Of a stretch of DNA of 64,000 nucleotides, positions 39,822-50,858 are shown one piece after another (position 1 is the stretch's first letter; each line of letters begins with the position of its first letter). The position numbers and the translations under genes were made by a program. This DNA is from an uncultured delta proteobacterium (lineage in GTDB: Bacteria > Desulfobacterota > Desulfobacteria > Desulfobacterales > UBA2156): the NCBI GenBank assembly GCA_963736855.1, contig CAVTQK010000017.1, positions 96,001 through 160,000 on the forward strand. The letters are read 5' to 3'. A model generated the notes under the pieces. It was not told the DNA's origin and searched no databases. It saw only the letters and a program-made list of their open reading frames with translations.

Positions 39822-40535
39822 ATGGCAATGCCGCACTATAAACGCCTCGTGCTCAAGCTAAGCGGCGAGGCTTTAATGGGAGAGCAGGGGTTCGGGATCA
39901 GCCCGGAAATGCTGACTTACGTGGCCGACGAAGTGCGTTCCATCTTCGACCTGGGAGTGGAAATCGCCCTGGTTGTCGGGGGTGGAAATTTTTTAAGGGG
40001 CAACGTCGCAAGCGCACATGGCATGGATCGGGTATCGGCGGATAAAATGGGCATGCTGGCCACGGTCATCAACAGCCTCGCCCTCCAGGACGCCCTGGAA
40101 AAGCGGGGGATTCAAACGCGGGTCCAGACAGCTATCTCCATACCGGAAGTGGCCGAGCCCTTCATCTTGCGACGGGCCATGCGCCACATGGAAAAAGGAA
40201 GGGCGGTCATTTTTGCCGCCGGTACCGGAAACCCTTATTTTACTACGGATACCGCGGCGGTGCTGAGGGCCAAGGAAATCCATGCCGAGGTACTGCTGAA
40301 GGCCACCAAGGTGGATGGCCTGTATGATGCGGATCCGGCCACCCACAAGGACGCCCGCTTCATCCAGCGGATCACCTATCAGGAGGTTCTGGAGAAACGA
40401 CTCGGCGTCATGGATATGACGGCCATCTCCCTGGCTATGGACAATCGGCTGCCTCTTGTTATTTTTAATCTTAAAGGGAAAGGGAACATCCGTAAGGTGG
40501 TGTGCGGGGAACAGGTGGGGACCCGGATCATCTAA
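39822..40535 (+). CDS. pyrH: UMP kinase
   Basis: [17 protein letters not shown] and GNPYFTTD motifs. Confidence 0.98.
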   Translation: MAMPHYKRLVLKLSGEALMGEQGFGISPEMLTYVADEVRSIFDLGVEIALVVGGGNFLRGNVASAHGMDRVSADKMGMLATVINSLALQDALEKRGIQTRVQTAISIPEVAEPFILRRAMRHMEKGRAVIFAAGTGNPYFTTDTAAVLRAKEIHAEVLLKATKVDGLYDADPATHKDARFIQRITYQEVLEKRLGVMDMTAISLAMDNRLPLVIFNLKGKGNIRKVVCGEQVGTRII

Positions 40536-40615
40536 ACGATTTTCCTTAGCCGATGCTTCCCAAAACCGGGTGCTGAACCGGTTGAAAAAAGAACACTAAA
40601 AGCGGGAGACATACC

Positions 40616-41173
40616 ATGCTGGAAGAAATATTCGAAGAAACGAAAGATCGAATGGGCAAAACGCATGTCGCCCTCAAGAATGAGTTGATGCGGATCCGGA
40701 CCGGACGAGCTTCCCTTTCCCTTTTGGACGGGATTCGGGTCGATTATTACGGTACCAAGACGCCGCTGAACCAGGTGGCGACGCTTTCGGTTCCGGAAAG
40801 CCGATTGATCACGATTCAGCCATGGGACACCACCGTCATCAAGGAGATCGAAAAGGGCATCCTCAGATCCGACCTGGGGCTCACGCCGACTTCCGATGGC
40901 CGGATCATCCGGATTGCCATCCCTCCCCTCACCGAACAGCGGCGGAAGGAACTCGTCAAGACCGTGTCAAAGCTGTGCGAAGAATACAAGGTAACCATCC
41001 GCAATATCCGTCGGGATTCCAACGAACTGGTGAAAAGCCTGAAAAAAGACGGTGATATTTCCGAAGACGACGCCTTCCGGGCCCAGACAGAGATCCAGAA
41101 GATCACGGACGAACAGATCAAGCAGGTGGACGTCATTTATAAGGAAAAAGAGAAGGAGATCCTTGAATTCTGA
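40616..41173 (+). CDS. frr: Ribosome recycling factor
   Basis: IRTGRA, YYG..PL, PPLTEQRR and IRNIRRD motifs. Confidence 0.98.
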   Translation: MLEEIFEETKDRMGKTHVALKNELMRIRTGRASLSLLDGIRVDYYGTKTPLNQVATLSVPESRLITIQPWDTTVIKEIEKGILRSDLGLTPTSDGRIIRIAIPPLTEQRRKELVKTVSKLCEEYKVTIRNIRRDSNELVKSLKKDGDISEDDAFRAQTEIQKITDEQIKQVDVIYKEKEKEILEF

Positions 41174-41912
41174 TCCTGCCGTCCCCAATGCTCCTCGGCT
41201 CGATGGTTCGCTTCTTCCCCGGCATGTGGCCATGATCATGGACGGCAATGGCCGTTGGGCCCGAAAAAGGATGCTCAACCGCATCCGGGGGCATGAAAAA
41301 GGGGCCGACACCGTACGCACCGTCGTACGAACCAGCCGGGAACTCGGCATCCCCTATCTGACGCTGTATGCTTTTTCCACGGAGAACTGGGAGCGGCCTG
41401 AAACGGAGATTGCCGCCCTCATGACACTGTTAAAGCGATTTCTAGAGTCAGAACAGCAGGAAATGCTGGAAAACGGTATCCGTCTCAACGCCATTGGACA
41501 GATCGATCATCTTCCCGCCGATGTCCGTTCGACTCTGGAAAAAGCCATGACGACCACCCAGCATAACACGGGAATGATTCTCAATCTGGCTTTAAGCTAC
41601 GGGGGGAGAGCGGAGATCGTCAGAGCGGTCCGCGGCATCGTTTCAAAGGTTCAAAAAAACGAACTTGACCCGGAACAAATCACGGACGATTTCATCGGCG
41701 ATCATCTTTACACCCGGGGGATGCCGGATCCGGACCTTTTAATCCGAACCGGCGGCGAGATGCGGGTGAGCAATTTCCTCCTCTGGCAAATCGCCTACAC
41801 CGAGATTTTCGTTACGTCCACATTGTGGCCGGACTTTTCAAAAGAAGAATACATCGCCATACTCAGGGATTTTCAAAAGCGGGAGCGGCGCTTTGGTAAG
41901 ACAGGCGCCTGA
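41163..41912 (+). CDS. uppS: Undecaprenyl diphosphate synthase
   Basis: IMDGNGRWA, AFSTENW and IRTGGE.R.SNFLLWQ; probable TTG start. Confidence 0.96.
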   Translation: MNSDPAVPNAPRLDGSLLPRHVAMIMDGNGRWARKRMLNRIRGHEKGADTVRTVVRTSRELGIPYLTLYAFSTENWERPETEIAALMTLLKRFLESEQQEMLENGIRLNAIGQIDHLPADVRSTLEKAMTTTQHNTGMILNLALSYGGRAEIVRAVRGIVSKVQKNELDPEQITDDFIGDHLYTRGMPDPDLLIRTGGEMRVSNFLLWQIAYTEIFVTSTLWPDFSKEEYIAILRDFQKRERRFGKTGA

Positions 41913-41924
41913 CGATTTAAAAAA

Positions 41925-42764
41925 ATGCATAAAACGCGCTGGATCACAGGCCTTACGGCTCTTCCATTCCTGGTGGGGTTGATATCCTGGGGCGGCGTTA
42001 CCCTGTTTACGCTTGTGGTTGCCGCCATTTCCATGCTCGGGGTTCATGAGTGTTTCCGACTTTTGTTTTCCGGACATGGATCCCGGGACTCCGAATCCGA
42101 TCCGGGACAGGCAGGTTCGGGCATACCGCTTAGGATCCTGGCCTATGGCGCCGGGCCCTTAATTGTATGTGGGGCTTTTCGGGGAGCGCCGCTGATGATG
42201 ATTTTTTATGCGCTGAACCTGATGGTCGCAGGCTTGATAGTCATGACGCAATTTGACGGCGAAGGCAGTGTGCTGGAACCGGTCTTCAGACAAACCTTCA
42301 CCATGCTTTATGTTCCGGTTTTTCTTGCGTTCCTGGTGCTCATCCGAAACGGCGATAAAGGGGTGGTATGGATCTATTTGATGCTTGCCGTCGTCTTTGC
42401 CGGGGATATCGGCGCGTTTTATGTGGGCACCTATCTCGGAAAGCATAAACTTTGCCCCTCCATCAGCCCGAAGAAGACTATTGAGGGTGGGGTGGGAGGC
42501 TTAGCGTCCAACCTGGTGGTGGGCCTTTTGATTCAAATCATTTTCCTTCCGGAACTGCCCCTGGGTCTGTCCGCTGTCTTTTTTATCACCTTAGGAATCG
42601 TTGCCCAGCTGGGAGACCTCTTCGAGTCGATGCTCAAGCGGGCCGCTAAAGTCAAGGACTCCGGCGGGATTTTCCCGGGCCACGGCGGCCTGTTGGACCG
42701 CATCGACGCCCTGCTGTTTGCGGCGCCCGTTGGGTATCTATTCAAGGAATATCTGCTGCGATGA
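41925..42764 (+). CDS. cdsA: Phosphatidate cytidylyltransferase
   Basis: SPKKT.EG, GDLFES..KR and KDSG..PGHGG.LDR.D motifs. Confidence 0.96.
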   Translation: MHKTRWITGLTALPFLVGLISWGGVTLFTLVVAAISMLGVHECFRLLFSGHGSRDSESDPGQAGSGIPLRILAYGAGPLIVCGAFRGAPLMMIFYALNLMVAGLIVMTQFDGEGSVLEPVFRQTFTMLYVPVFLAFLVLIRNGDKGVVWIYLMLAVVFAGDIGAFYVGTYLGKHKLCPSISPKKTIEGGVGGLASNLVVGLLIQIIFLPELPLGLSAVFFITLGIVAQLGDLFESMLKRAAKVKDSGGIFPGHGGLLDRIDALLFAAPVGYLFKEYLLR

Positions 42765-43930
42765 AGCGCCTTTCCATACTTGGATCCACCGGTTCCATTG
42801 GGACCAACGCATTGTCCATCGTGCGCATGTTTCCGGAACGCTTCAATGTGGTTGCTTTGGCCGCCAAGAACAACGTGGACCGGCTGGCGTCCCAGATCGC
42901 GGAATTTGCGCCCAAGCTGGCTGTGGTCTATGACAAATCGACCGCCCAGAGGTTGAAGAAACAGATCCCGGCCAAATCATCTACGCGAATCGAATGGGGA
43001 GAGGCAGGCTATACGGCGGCTGCGACACACGAGGATGTCGACATGGTGCTTGCGGCCATGGTGGGTGCGGCCGGTCTGATGCCCACGATGGCGGCCATCG
43101 AGGCCGGAAAAGACATCGCCTTGGCCAACAAGGAGACCCTGGTGATGGCCGGCCGCATCGTCATGGGCCTGGCTGCTGAAAAAGGGGTGCGCATTTTCCC
43201 GGTGGACAGCGAACACAGCGCCATTTTCCAGTGCCTTTCGGGCCAGCGGCGGGAAGATCTGGAAAAGATCATCATCACCGCCTCCGGCGGTCCTTTTGTA
43301 CACCGGCCGTTTTCCGAATTTGCGAGCATCCGGCCTGAAGATGCCCTCCATCATCCTACATGGGCCATGGGGAAAAAAATCAGCATCGACTCTTCTACAC
43401 TGATGAACAAGGGGCTCGAGGTACTGGAAGCCCATCACCTTTTCGGAGTCTCCATCGACCGGATCGAGGTGGTAATCCATCCCCAGAGTGTGTTGCACTC
43501 CATGGTTTCCTATCGGGACGGCGCCGTCATGGCCCAGCTTTCCGTGCCGGATATGAAAGGCGCCATCGCCTATGCCCTTTCCTACCCGGAACGACTCCCT
43601 TTGAATCAGCCGTCCTTGTACTTTGATCGTATCGGCGTGCTCAACTTTGAGAAACCGGACACGGAACGATTCCCGTGCCTGGGTTTGGCCTATGCCGCAT
43701 GCAAGGCCGGAGGATCAATGCCGGCGGTTCTCAACGCGGCCAACGAAGTGGCGGTGGAATCTTTTCTTAACGCAAATATCGGGTTCCTGGACATACCGGA
43801 GATCATTCAAAAGACCCTTGCAGAGCATCGGATTGTTTCGGATCCGGAGTTGACGGATATTATTGCGGCGGATCGCTGGGCACGGGAACGGGCAAGAGCA
43901 GAAGTCCAAACCGGTATCAGGAGCTGTTGA
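42761..43930 (+). CDS. dxr: 1-deoxy-D-xylulose 5-phosphate reductoisomerase
   Basis: LGSTGSIG, LANKE, PVDSEH, NKGLE and NAANE motifs. Confidence 0.98.
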   Translation: MKRLSILGSTGSIGTNALSIVRMFPERFNVVALAAKNNVDRLASQIAEFAPKLAVVYDKSTAQRLKKQIPAKSSTRIEWGEAGYTAAATHEDVDMVLAAMVGAAGLMPTMAAIEAGKDIALANKETLVMAGRIVMGLAAEKGVRIFPVDSEHSAIFQCLSGQRREDLEKIIITASGGPFVHRPFSEFASIRPEDALHHPTWAMGKKISIDSSTLMNKGLEVLEAHHLFGVSIDRIEVVIHPQSVLHSMVSYRDGAVMAQLSVPDMKGAIAYALSYPERLPLNQPSLYFDRIGVLNFEKPDTERFPCLGLAYAACKAGGSMPAVLNAANEVAVESFLNANIGFLDIPEIIQKTLAEHRIVSDPELTDIIAADRWARERARAEVQTGIRSC

Positions 43931-43940
43931 TCGCGGAACC

Positions 43941-45005
43941 ATGGGAAACGCCTTCGCATTTATTATTGTTTTGGGTGTTTTGGTTTTTTTCCACGAACTG
44001 GGGCATTTTTTAATGGCCCGGTTTTTCGGAGTGGGCGTGGAAAAATTCAGCCTGGGATTCGGGCCCAAGATTCTGGGTAAAACGGTCGGGATCACGGAGT
44101 ATCGGTTTTCGGCCATCCCTTTGGGCGGATATGTCAAGATGGTCGGGGAAGAACCGGATGCCGAGATCGACCCGGCCGACATCCCTATTTCCTTCACCCA
44201 TAAACATGTCCTCAAAAGAATGCTCATCGTTGCGGCCGGTCCCGTGTTCAATCTGCTTCTGGCCGTGATCATCTTTTTTGCCATCTTTTGGATTTCCGGG
44301 ATGTATATCCTCAAGCCGGTTGTGGGAAAGGTGAACCAGGGATCCCCTGCATCCGCCGCAGGATTTCAGGCAAGGGATTGGGTTCTGGCCATCGACGGTC
44401 AGGCGGTGACCACCTGGGAAGAGATGGCCGAAAAGATTTCAACCAGCAAAGGGAAACGGTTACGCATCACGATTGATCGGCATGGGGCTCATGTCGAGCT
44501 GGAGGTCACACCGGAACTCACCTCCTCTGCGACCATTTTCGGCGAGGCCATCGACCGCCACACGATCGGCATCGTAGCGGCAGGAGAAACCGAGCGGTTG
44601 GCTCTCGGATTTTTCGGGGCTGTCACGAAAAGCATAACCCAGACGTACATCGTGGCTAAACTGACCCTCGTGAGCATTGTCAAGCTTATCCAGGGCACCC
44701 TTTCCGTCAAGACCCTGGGCGGGCCCATCATGATCGCTCAGATGGCCGGCGAGCAAGCAAGGGCCGGGGCCGAGGCCCTCATTTTTTTCATTGCTTTGAT
44801 CAGCGTCAACCTGGCCGTTATCAATTTTTTGCCGATCCCGGTTCTGGACGGCGGACACCTGATGTTTTTCTTCATCGAGGCTGTTATTGGAAGACCGGTG
44901 AGTATGAAGATGCGCGAGATGGCTCAACGGGTCGGCATCTTTGTTCTCGTCCTTTTAATGATCTTTGTTTTTTACAACGACATCGCTCGTATCCTATTCA
45001 GCTGA
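43941..45005 (+). CDS. rseP: RIP metalloprotease RseP
   Basis: HELGH, PLGGYV, a single PDZ domain and NFLPIPVLDGG. Confidence 0.96.
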   Translation: MGNAFAFIIVLGVLVFFHELGHFLMARFFGVGVEKFSLGFGPKILGKTVGITEYRFSAIPLGGYVKMVGEEPDAEIDPADIPISFTHKHVLKRMLIVAAGPVFNLLLAVIIFFAIFWISGMYILKPVVGKVNQGSPASAAGFQARDWVLAIDGQAVTTWEEMAEKISTSKGKRLRITIDRHGAHVELEVTPELTSSATIFGEAIDRHTIGIVAAGETERLALGFFGAVTKSITQTYIVAKLTLVSIVKLIQGTLSVKTLGGPIMIAQMAGEQARAGAEALIFFIALISVNLAVINFLPIPVLDGGHLMFFFIEAVIGRPVSMKMREMAQRVGIFVLVLLMIFVFYNDIARILFS

Positions 45006-45017
45006 GTGGAGACTCCG

Positions 45018-48014
45018 ATGCCGCACCGGCTGGAAATTGCTCTGAAGCCCGACCTGAGGGATCCTATTGGTGCGGCTATCTGTAAAAAAGCCTTCGACTA
45101 TTTCGGCATCCGCTTGGAGAGCGTCCGGGTGATTCATGTGCTGACCCTCGACGCCGATTTTTCGGAAAAGCAATTGAGCCGGATCAAAGACGAGATTTTC
45201 ACCAATCCGGTCATCCAAATTTCATCCTTTGAACCGCTTTTAATCCCTTTTGACTGGGGCATCTGGGTCGGTTACCGGCCTGGGGTCAGGGACAATCCGG
45301 GAAGCACCGCCATGGAGGCCGTCGAAGATGTCCTGGGAATACGCTTTTTGCCGGAAGAGGCCATTTACACCTCCAGGCGATATTGCGTGATGGGAAACGA
45401 TTTGAATCGGGCGGATATGGAGCGCATCGCCTCGGAGCTTTTAGCGAACGATATCATCCAGCAGTGGAAGCTTTTCCATAAGGACGCATGGGATAAAAAA
45501 TCCGGTATCGGATGGATCATCCCGAAGGTGGTGCTGGATCATGTGCCCACGGTGACCGTGATCCCCATCGAAAGCGACGCGAAGCTTGCCGAGATCAGCC
45601 GGAAGCGCAACCTGGCGCTCAACCCCAACGATATTCCCACCATCCGGGCTTATTTCCTGGATGAGGCGGTGAGGGAACAAAGGGCTGCCGTCGGGCTTTC
45701 GGATCCCACGGATGTAGAGATCGAATACATTTCTCAGGCCCGGAGCGATCATTGCAACCATAACACGTTCCGGGGCCTGTTCCGCTACACGGATTTTTCC
45801 ACCGGTCGAAAAGAGATCGTGGACAACCTTTTCAAGACCTTCATCGAAGCGCCCACCGTAGCTTTGATGAAGGAAAAACCCTGGGTGATTTCGGTTTTAT
45901 GGGACAACGCAGGTGTGGGCCGGCTCAACGCGGATTATCATTACGTCATTACCGGCGAGACGCACAATTCACCCTCCAACATGGAGGCCTACGGCGGCGC
46001 CCTCACGGGGATCGTGGGGATCTACCGGGATCCCATGGGGACCGGAAAGGGGTCGAAGCTGATCATGGGAAGCTACGGGTTCTGCGTGGGGCACCGAGAT
46101 TACAACGGCGAGCTCAAGCCCCGGCTGCACCCCAGGCGTCTTTTGGACGGGGTCATCGAAGGGGTCCGGGACGGCGGGAACAAGAGCGGTATTCCCACCG
46201 CCTTCGGCCAGGTCTTTTTTCATACAGGGTACATGGGCAAATGCCTGGTTTTCGTCACCGCCCTCGGGCTCATGCCTCAAACCGTGAAGGGTGAACCGGC
46301 CGAAAAAAAGAGCATTGAACCGGGAGATCTTGTCATCATGTGCGGCGGTCGGGTCGGGAAAGACGGCATCCACGGCGTTACGGCTTCCTCCGAATCTTTT
46401 TCAGAGCATACACCCGCAGGGCACGTCCAGATCGGCGATCCCTATACGCAGAAAAAGATGCACGATTTTCTTCTGGAGGCCCGGGACGAGGGGCTGATTC
46501 AGTTCATCACCGACAACGGGGGAGGCGGTCTTTCGTCTTCCGTTGGGGAGTCGGCCCGGTTTTCCGGAGGGTGCAGGATCGAGCTGGAAAAAGTCCCCCT
46601 GAAATACGCGGGACTCGATCAATGGGAGATCTGGGTTTCAGAATCCCAGGAGCGCATGACCGTGGCTGTCCGGCCGGAAGATCTGGATCGATTCATGACT
46701 CTGTCCAAGAAGCATGCCGTGGAAAGCACGGTCATCGGAAATTATACCGATTCGGGAAAGCTGCATATTACTTACGATGACAAGCCCTGCGCCTACGTGG
46801 ACCTGGATCTTTTGACCGGCGGATTCCCCCAGTGGGAGTTTGATGCCGAATGGGTTCCCCCGAGTCAGCGGGGGCTTTTCGAACCGGTCCTCAGGGAGCC
46901 GGAGGATTTCTCGGTGTTATTGAACGATATGCTGGCAAGGCCCAATGTCTGTTCCAAGGAGTGGATCGTCCGGCAGTACGACCATGAGGTCCAGGGGACC
47001 AGCGTCATCAAACCCTTGGTAGGCAGACAGCGGAATGTCCCCGGCGACGCGGCGGTCATTCGGCCGGATTTGAAATCTTTTGCCGGGCTGGCCTTTGCCC
47101 AGGCCCTCCTTCCCACCTACTCGCAAATCGACGCCTATGCCATGACGGCCTGCGGCATCGATGAGGCGGTGCGCCGGGTCCTTTCCGTAGGCGGGACTCT
47201 GGATCATATCGGCGGCGTGGATAATTTCTGCTGGCCCAATATCCAGTATCATCCCATCGACAACCCGGACGGCAAGTTCAAGGCCGCCCAATTGGTACGT
47301 TCCTGCAGGGCCCTGAAAACGATGTGCGAAGCCTTCGGGATCCCCCTGCTTTCCGGAAAAGACAGCATGTACGTGGACGGACACCTGCCGGGAAGATACG
47401 GCGAAACGCATAAGGTGTCGGCGCTTCCGACCCTTCAATTCTCGGCCGTAAGCGTCATCGACGACATCGAAAAGTGCGTGACCATGGACTGCAAGCTCCC
47501 CAGGGACCTGGTGTATGTGATCGGCGTCACCCATGATGAACTGGGCGCTTCGGAGTATTACGAGCGCTTCGGTTATATCGGCCTCAATGTGCCCCAGGTT
47601 CGGCCCGAAAGGCTGATTCCTCTTTACTGGGCCCTGGAAGCAGCCGTTTCAGGAGGGCTTGCGGCATCGGTCCACGGGATCTACCGAGGAGGGCTGGGCG
47701 TGCACCTGGCTCTGGTTGCTATGGCCGGCTGTCTGGGGATGGAAATCGATCTCAGACAGGTTCCTGCGGAAGGGGTCACCCGAAACGACGCGATTCTTTT
47801 TTCCGAATCCGCCGGCCGTTTCATCGTCACCCTGGATCCGGGAAAACGAGACGCTTTCGAGGCGCTCTTTGCGGATCTTCCCTGTGCCTGCGTGGGGCGC
47901 GTCACACAGGACCCGGTTTTGAAAATCTTCGGACTCGACGGCCGGATCCGGATCGAAGCCGATATATTCCATCTTAAAGAGGCCTGGAAGAAGCCCTTTG
48001 GAGGCCTGATATGA
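45018..48014 (+). CDS. purL: Phosphoribosylformylglycinamidine synthase subunit PurL (with N-terminal PurS-like extension)
   Basis: SDHC.H, ETHNSPS, DNGGGG, SESQERM, QYDHEV and LFSES motifs; no glutaminase domain. Confidence 0.93.
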   Translation: MPHRLEIALKPDLRDPIGAAICKKAFDYFGIRLESVRVIHVLTLDADFSEKQLSRIKDEIFTNPVIQISSFEPLLIPFDWGIWVGYRPGVRDNPGSTAMEAVEDVLGIRFLPEEAIYTSRRYCVMGNDLNRADMERIASELLANDIIQQWKLFHKDAWDKKSGIGWIIPKVVLDHVPTVTVIPIESDAKLAEISRKRNLALNPNDIPTIRAYFLDEAVREQRAAVGLSDPTDVEIEYISQARSDHCNHNTFRGLFRYTDFSTGRKEIVDNLFKTFIEAPTVALMKEKPWVISVLWDNAGVGRLNADYHYVITGETHNSPSNMEAYGGALTGIVGIYRDPMGTGKGSKLIMGSYGFCVGHRDYNGELKPRLHPRRLLDGVIEGVRDGGNKSGIPTAFGQVFFHTGYMGKCLVFVTALGLMPQTVKGEPAEKKSIEPGDLVIMCGGRVGKDGIHGVTASSESFSEHTPAGHVQIGDPYTQKKMHDFLLEARDEGLIQFITDNGGGGLSSSVGESARFSGGCRIELEKVPLKYAGLDQWEIWVSESQERMTVAVRPEDLDRFMTLSKKHAVESTVIGNYTDSGKLHITYDDKPCAYVDLDLLTGGFPQWEFDAEWVPPSQRGLFEPVLREPEDFSVLLNDMLARPNVCSKEWIVRQYDHEVQGTSVIKPLVGRQRNVPGDAAVIRPDLKSFAGLAFAQALLPTYSQIDAYAMTACGIDEAVRRVLSVGGTLDHIGGVDNFCWPNIQYHPIDNPDGKFKAAQLVRSCRALKTMCEAFGIPLLSGKDSMYVDGHLPGRYGETHKVSALPTLQFSAVSVIDDIEKCVTMDCKLPRDLVYVIGVTHDELGASEYYERFGYIGLNVPQVRPERLIPLYWALEAAVSGGLAASVHGIYRGGLGVHLALVAMAGCLGMEIDLRQVPAEGVTRNDAILFSESAGRFIVTLDPGKRDAFEALFADLPCACVGRVTQDPVLKIFGLDGRIRIEADIFHLKEAWKKPFGGLI

Positions 48015-48826
48015 GGCGCGTCAAAGTATTGGTCCTTGCCGGGTACGGCCTCAACTGCGACCACGAGACCGCTTATGCTTTCGGCCTTGCAGGGGCTGAT
48101 GCGGAAAGGGTCCATATCAATTCCCTGATTGACGGGTCCGTTTCCATTGGGGACTATCAAATCCTGGCCTTTGTGGGCGGATTTTCGTGGGGCGACGACC
48201 ACGGCGCCGGCGTGATCCAGGCGGTTCGCATGGGCACCCACATCGGCGGATCGTTGATCGAGTTCATCCGGAAAGGAGGCCTGGTCATCGGAATCTGCAA
48301 CGGGTTTCAGGCCCTGGTCAACCTGGGTCTTTTGCCGGGGCTGGAAAGCGACTACCGGCGCCGCTCCGTGGCTTTGGTAGGCAATGACTGCGGCAATTTC
48401 AGAGACGACTGGGTCGCATTGCAGGTCAATCCAAAATCTCCTTGCGTCTTTACACAGGGTTTGGATCGCCTGGAACTTCCCATCCGGCATGGGGAAGGCA
48501 AGTTTTTCACCGATCCTTCTACCCTGAAGCGTCTTAATGAAAGCAAACAGGTCGTCTTGCGTTATGCCCTTCCTGATGGGACCCCGGCCAAAGGCCGTTT
48601 CCCCGAAAATCCCAACGGCTCCCTGGAGGACATCGCCGGGATCTGCGACCCCACCGGTCGGGTCTTCGGCCTCATGCCCCACCCGGAAGGCTTTAACCAC
48701 CTGTCCAACCATCCCGAATGGACGATGGAAAAGGAGATCAGCAAACGTCGGGGGCATCCGACAAGTTTCCCCCGTAACCTGGGAATCCGCCTCTTTCAAA
48801 ACGCCGTTGAATTTCTTGTGCGTTAA
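48011..48826 (+). CDS. purQ: FGAM synthase glutaminase subunit PurQ
   Basis: GGFSWGD, GICNGFQ, HGEG, NPNGS and MPHPE motifs. Confidence 0.95.
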   Translation: MRRVKVLVLAGYGLNCDHETAYAFGLAGADAERVHINSLIDGSVSIGDYQILAFVGGFSWGDDHGAGVIQAVRMGTHIGGSLIEFIRKGGLVIGICNGFQALVNLGLLPGLESDYRRRSVALVGNDCGNFRDDWVALQVNPKSPCVFTQGLDRLELPIRHGEGKFFTDPSTLKRLNESKQVVLRYALPDGTPAKGRFPENPNGSLEDIAGICDPTGRVFGLMPHPEGFNHLSNHPEWTMEKEISKRRGHPTSFPRNLGIRLFQNAVEFLVR

Positions 48827-48993
48827 TGCCCAGGTACTTTTATCTGCCATATCGAAGCCGTGTTAAGATCCCGGGCACTTTCCTCCCCATCTGTCTTTAA
48901 CCGGATGGATGGGGGATCTGATATCCGGTGAATACGGCGGCGCACGAGGGTTGACTTTATGCAGGGTGTCCGATAAATAATTACTTAAGGTGA

Positions 48994-50829
48994 ATGGGAA
49001 TGCTTCCTTCAAACGGCGATAAAGCCCCCTTATCTATCCGCTCCGTCTGTGAGATCTTGTATAAGAAAGGTCTGATCTCCAAACCTCAAGCCCAACATAT
49101 CCTGACCAAAGGAGTGACCCTCTATAAAAAGCGGGAACGCCAGACGGATGTGAAGGGGTCTCATCCGACATCTGCAGGACATGCCGCTGATGGATTCGAC
49201 TCAGTGGATCTGATTGCGACCCTGAACATGGAGCGGGCCGACAATTCCGCCCTGAAGCTGGATGAAGAGACCATCTACGAGGCGATGGCCCAGGCCTGGA
49301 AGATTCCCTATAAAAAAATCGATCCGCTCAAACTCGATCTCAACCTGGTGACCACCACCATTCCCCGTACGTTCGCCATGCGCCACCTGGTCCTCCCCAT
49401 CGGAGTGAAAGACGGCACCCTGACCGTGGCGACCCCAAACCCCTTCAACATGGAGGCCCTGGATGACATTACCCGGGCCAGCCTCATGAAGGTCAACCCC
49501 GTCGTGAGTCCCAAGAGCGATATCGTCAAACTCATCCAGGAATTTTTCGGATTCAAGCGCTCCATCTCGGAAGCCGAGATCCAGTATACCGGCCCCATGG
49601 TGGACCTCGGGAATCTGGAGCAGTACGTCAAATTGAGGTCCGCCGACGAGCTTCCCTCCACAGACCAGCACATCGTCAACGCGGTGAATTACCTCTTCAT
49701 CTACGCCTTTGAACAACGCGCCAGCGACATCCATATCGAGCCCAAGCGCAACACCAGTAAGGTGCGGATGCGCATCGACGGGATGCTGCACAACGTCTAT
49801 GATCTGCCCAAGGCCGTTCATTCGGCCATCGTGAGCCGGATCAAAACCCTGTCCCGGATGGACATGGCGGAGAAGCGCCGGCCCCAGGACGGCCGCATTA
49901 AGATGGACAGGGGGGATGTGGAGGTGGAGATCCGGGTTTCCACCATTCCGGTGGCGTTCGGAGAAAAGATCGTGCTGCGTATCATGGATCCGGATATCCT
50001 GTTTCAGGATCTGGACAATTTGGGCTTTTCCGCCACCGACCTGATCCGCTTCAACCATTTCATCAACAAGCCCCACGGCATCGTCCTGGTATGCGGCCCC
50101 ACCGGAAGCGGCAAATCGACGACCCTGTATTCCACTTTGAGGACCATCTCTTCGCCCGAGGTCAATGTCACCACCGTAGAAGACCCCATTGAAATGGTGC
50201 ACGAGTCCTTTAACCAAATCGGGGTTCAGCCCCTGGCCGGAATCACTTTTTCCTCCATTCTGCGCAACATCCTGCGTCAGGATCCGGACATCATCATGAT
50301 CGGTGAAATGCGGGATCTGGAAACTGCGGAAAACGCGGTCCAGGCCGCACTAACCGGACATCTGGTTCTTTCCACCTTGCACACCAATGATGCGGCCTCG
50401 GCCATCACACGGCTTTTGGAGCTGGGTGTCCCGCCGTTTTTAATCCAATCCACGCTCATCGGAATCCTGGGACAGCGCCTGGTGAGGAAAATCTGTAACT
50501 ATTGCGTGGAAACCTTTGAAATGGAGGCTTCGGAACTCAGGGAGATGGGACTCGATCCCGGGAAGGATGGGCGCATCCGTATAAAACGCGGGAAGGGGTG
50601 TCTGAAGTGCCGCGGAACCGGCTACCTGGGACGCACAGCGATCTTTGAGGTATTACCCTGCACCGAGTCCATCAAGAAGCTCATCGTCCCCAATGCAGAC
50701 ATAAGCACCATCCAGGCCATTGCCAAGCGGGAGGGGATGGTGACCATGAGGGAAAATTCCATCCGGCAGATGCTCTCGGGTGTCACCACCTACCAGGAAG
50801 TGCTGCGGGTGACCTGGGAGCAGAGCTGA
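48994..50829 (+). CDS. GspE/PilB family secretion/pilus assembly ATPase
   Basis: ASDIHIEP, GPTGSGKST, TVEDPIE, LRQDPD..GEMRD and tetracysteine CNYC..CLKC; TTGACT-N17-TAAATA promoter at 48951. Confidence 0.95.
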   Translation: MGMLPSNGDKAPLSIRSVCEILYKKGLISKPQAQHILTKGVTLYKKRERQTDVKGSHPTSAGHAADGFDSVDLIATLNMERADNSALKLDEETIYEAMAQAWKIPYKKIDPLKLDLNLVTTTIPRTFAMRHLVLPIGVKDGTLTVATPNPFNMEALDDITRASLMKVNPVVSPKSDIVKLIQEFFGFKRSISEAEIQYTGPMVDLGNLEQYVKLRSADELPSTDQHIVNAVNYLFIYAFEQRASDIHIEPKRNTSKVRMRIDGMLHNVYDLPKAVHSAIVSRIKTLSRMDMAEKRRPQDGRIKMDRGDVEVEIRVSTIPVAFGEKIVLRIMDPDILFQDLDNLGFSATDLIRFNHFINKPHGIVLVCGPTGSGKSTTLYSTLRTISSPEVNVTTVEDPIEMVHESFNQIGVQPLAGITFSSILRNILRQDPDIIMIGEMRDLETAENAVQAALTGHLVLSTLHTNDAASAITRLLELGVPPFLIQSTLIGILGQRLVRKICNYCVETFEMEASELREMGLDPGKDGRIRIKRGKGCLKCRGTGYLGRTAIFEVLPCTESIKKLIVPNADISTIQAIAKREGMVTMRENSIRQMLSGVTTYQEVLRVTWEQS

Positions 50830-50858
50830 TCGACCTTCCGTCGTGAGGAAAATGCGGC

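Noticed and set aside
49201..50217. Long antisense ORFs (also 10444-11274, 34488-35315, 36041-36997, 47681-48850, 53024-53929, 56061-57200, 58455-59435)
   Set aside because: All lie opposite well-supported genes and show typical shadow-frame composition.
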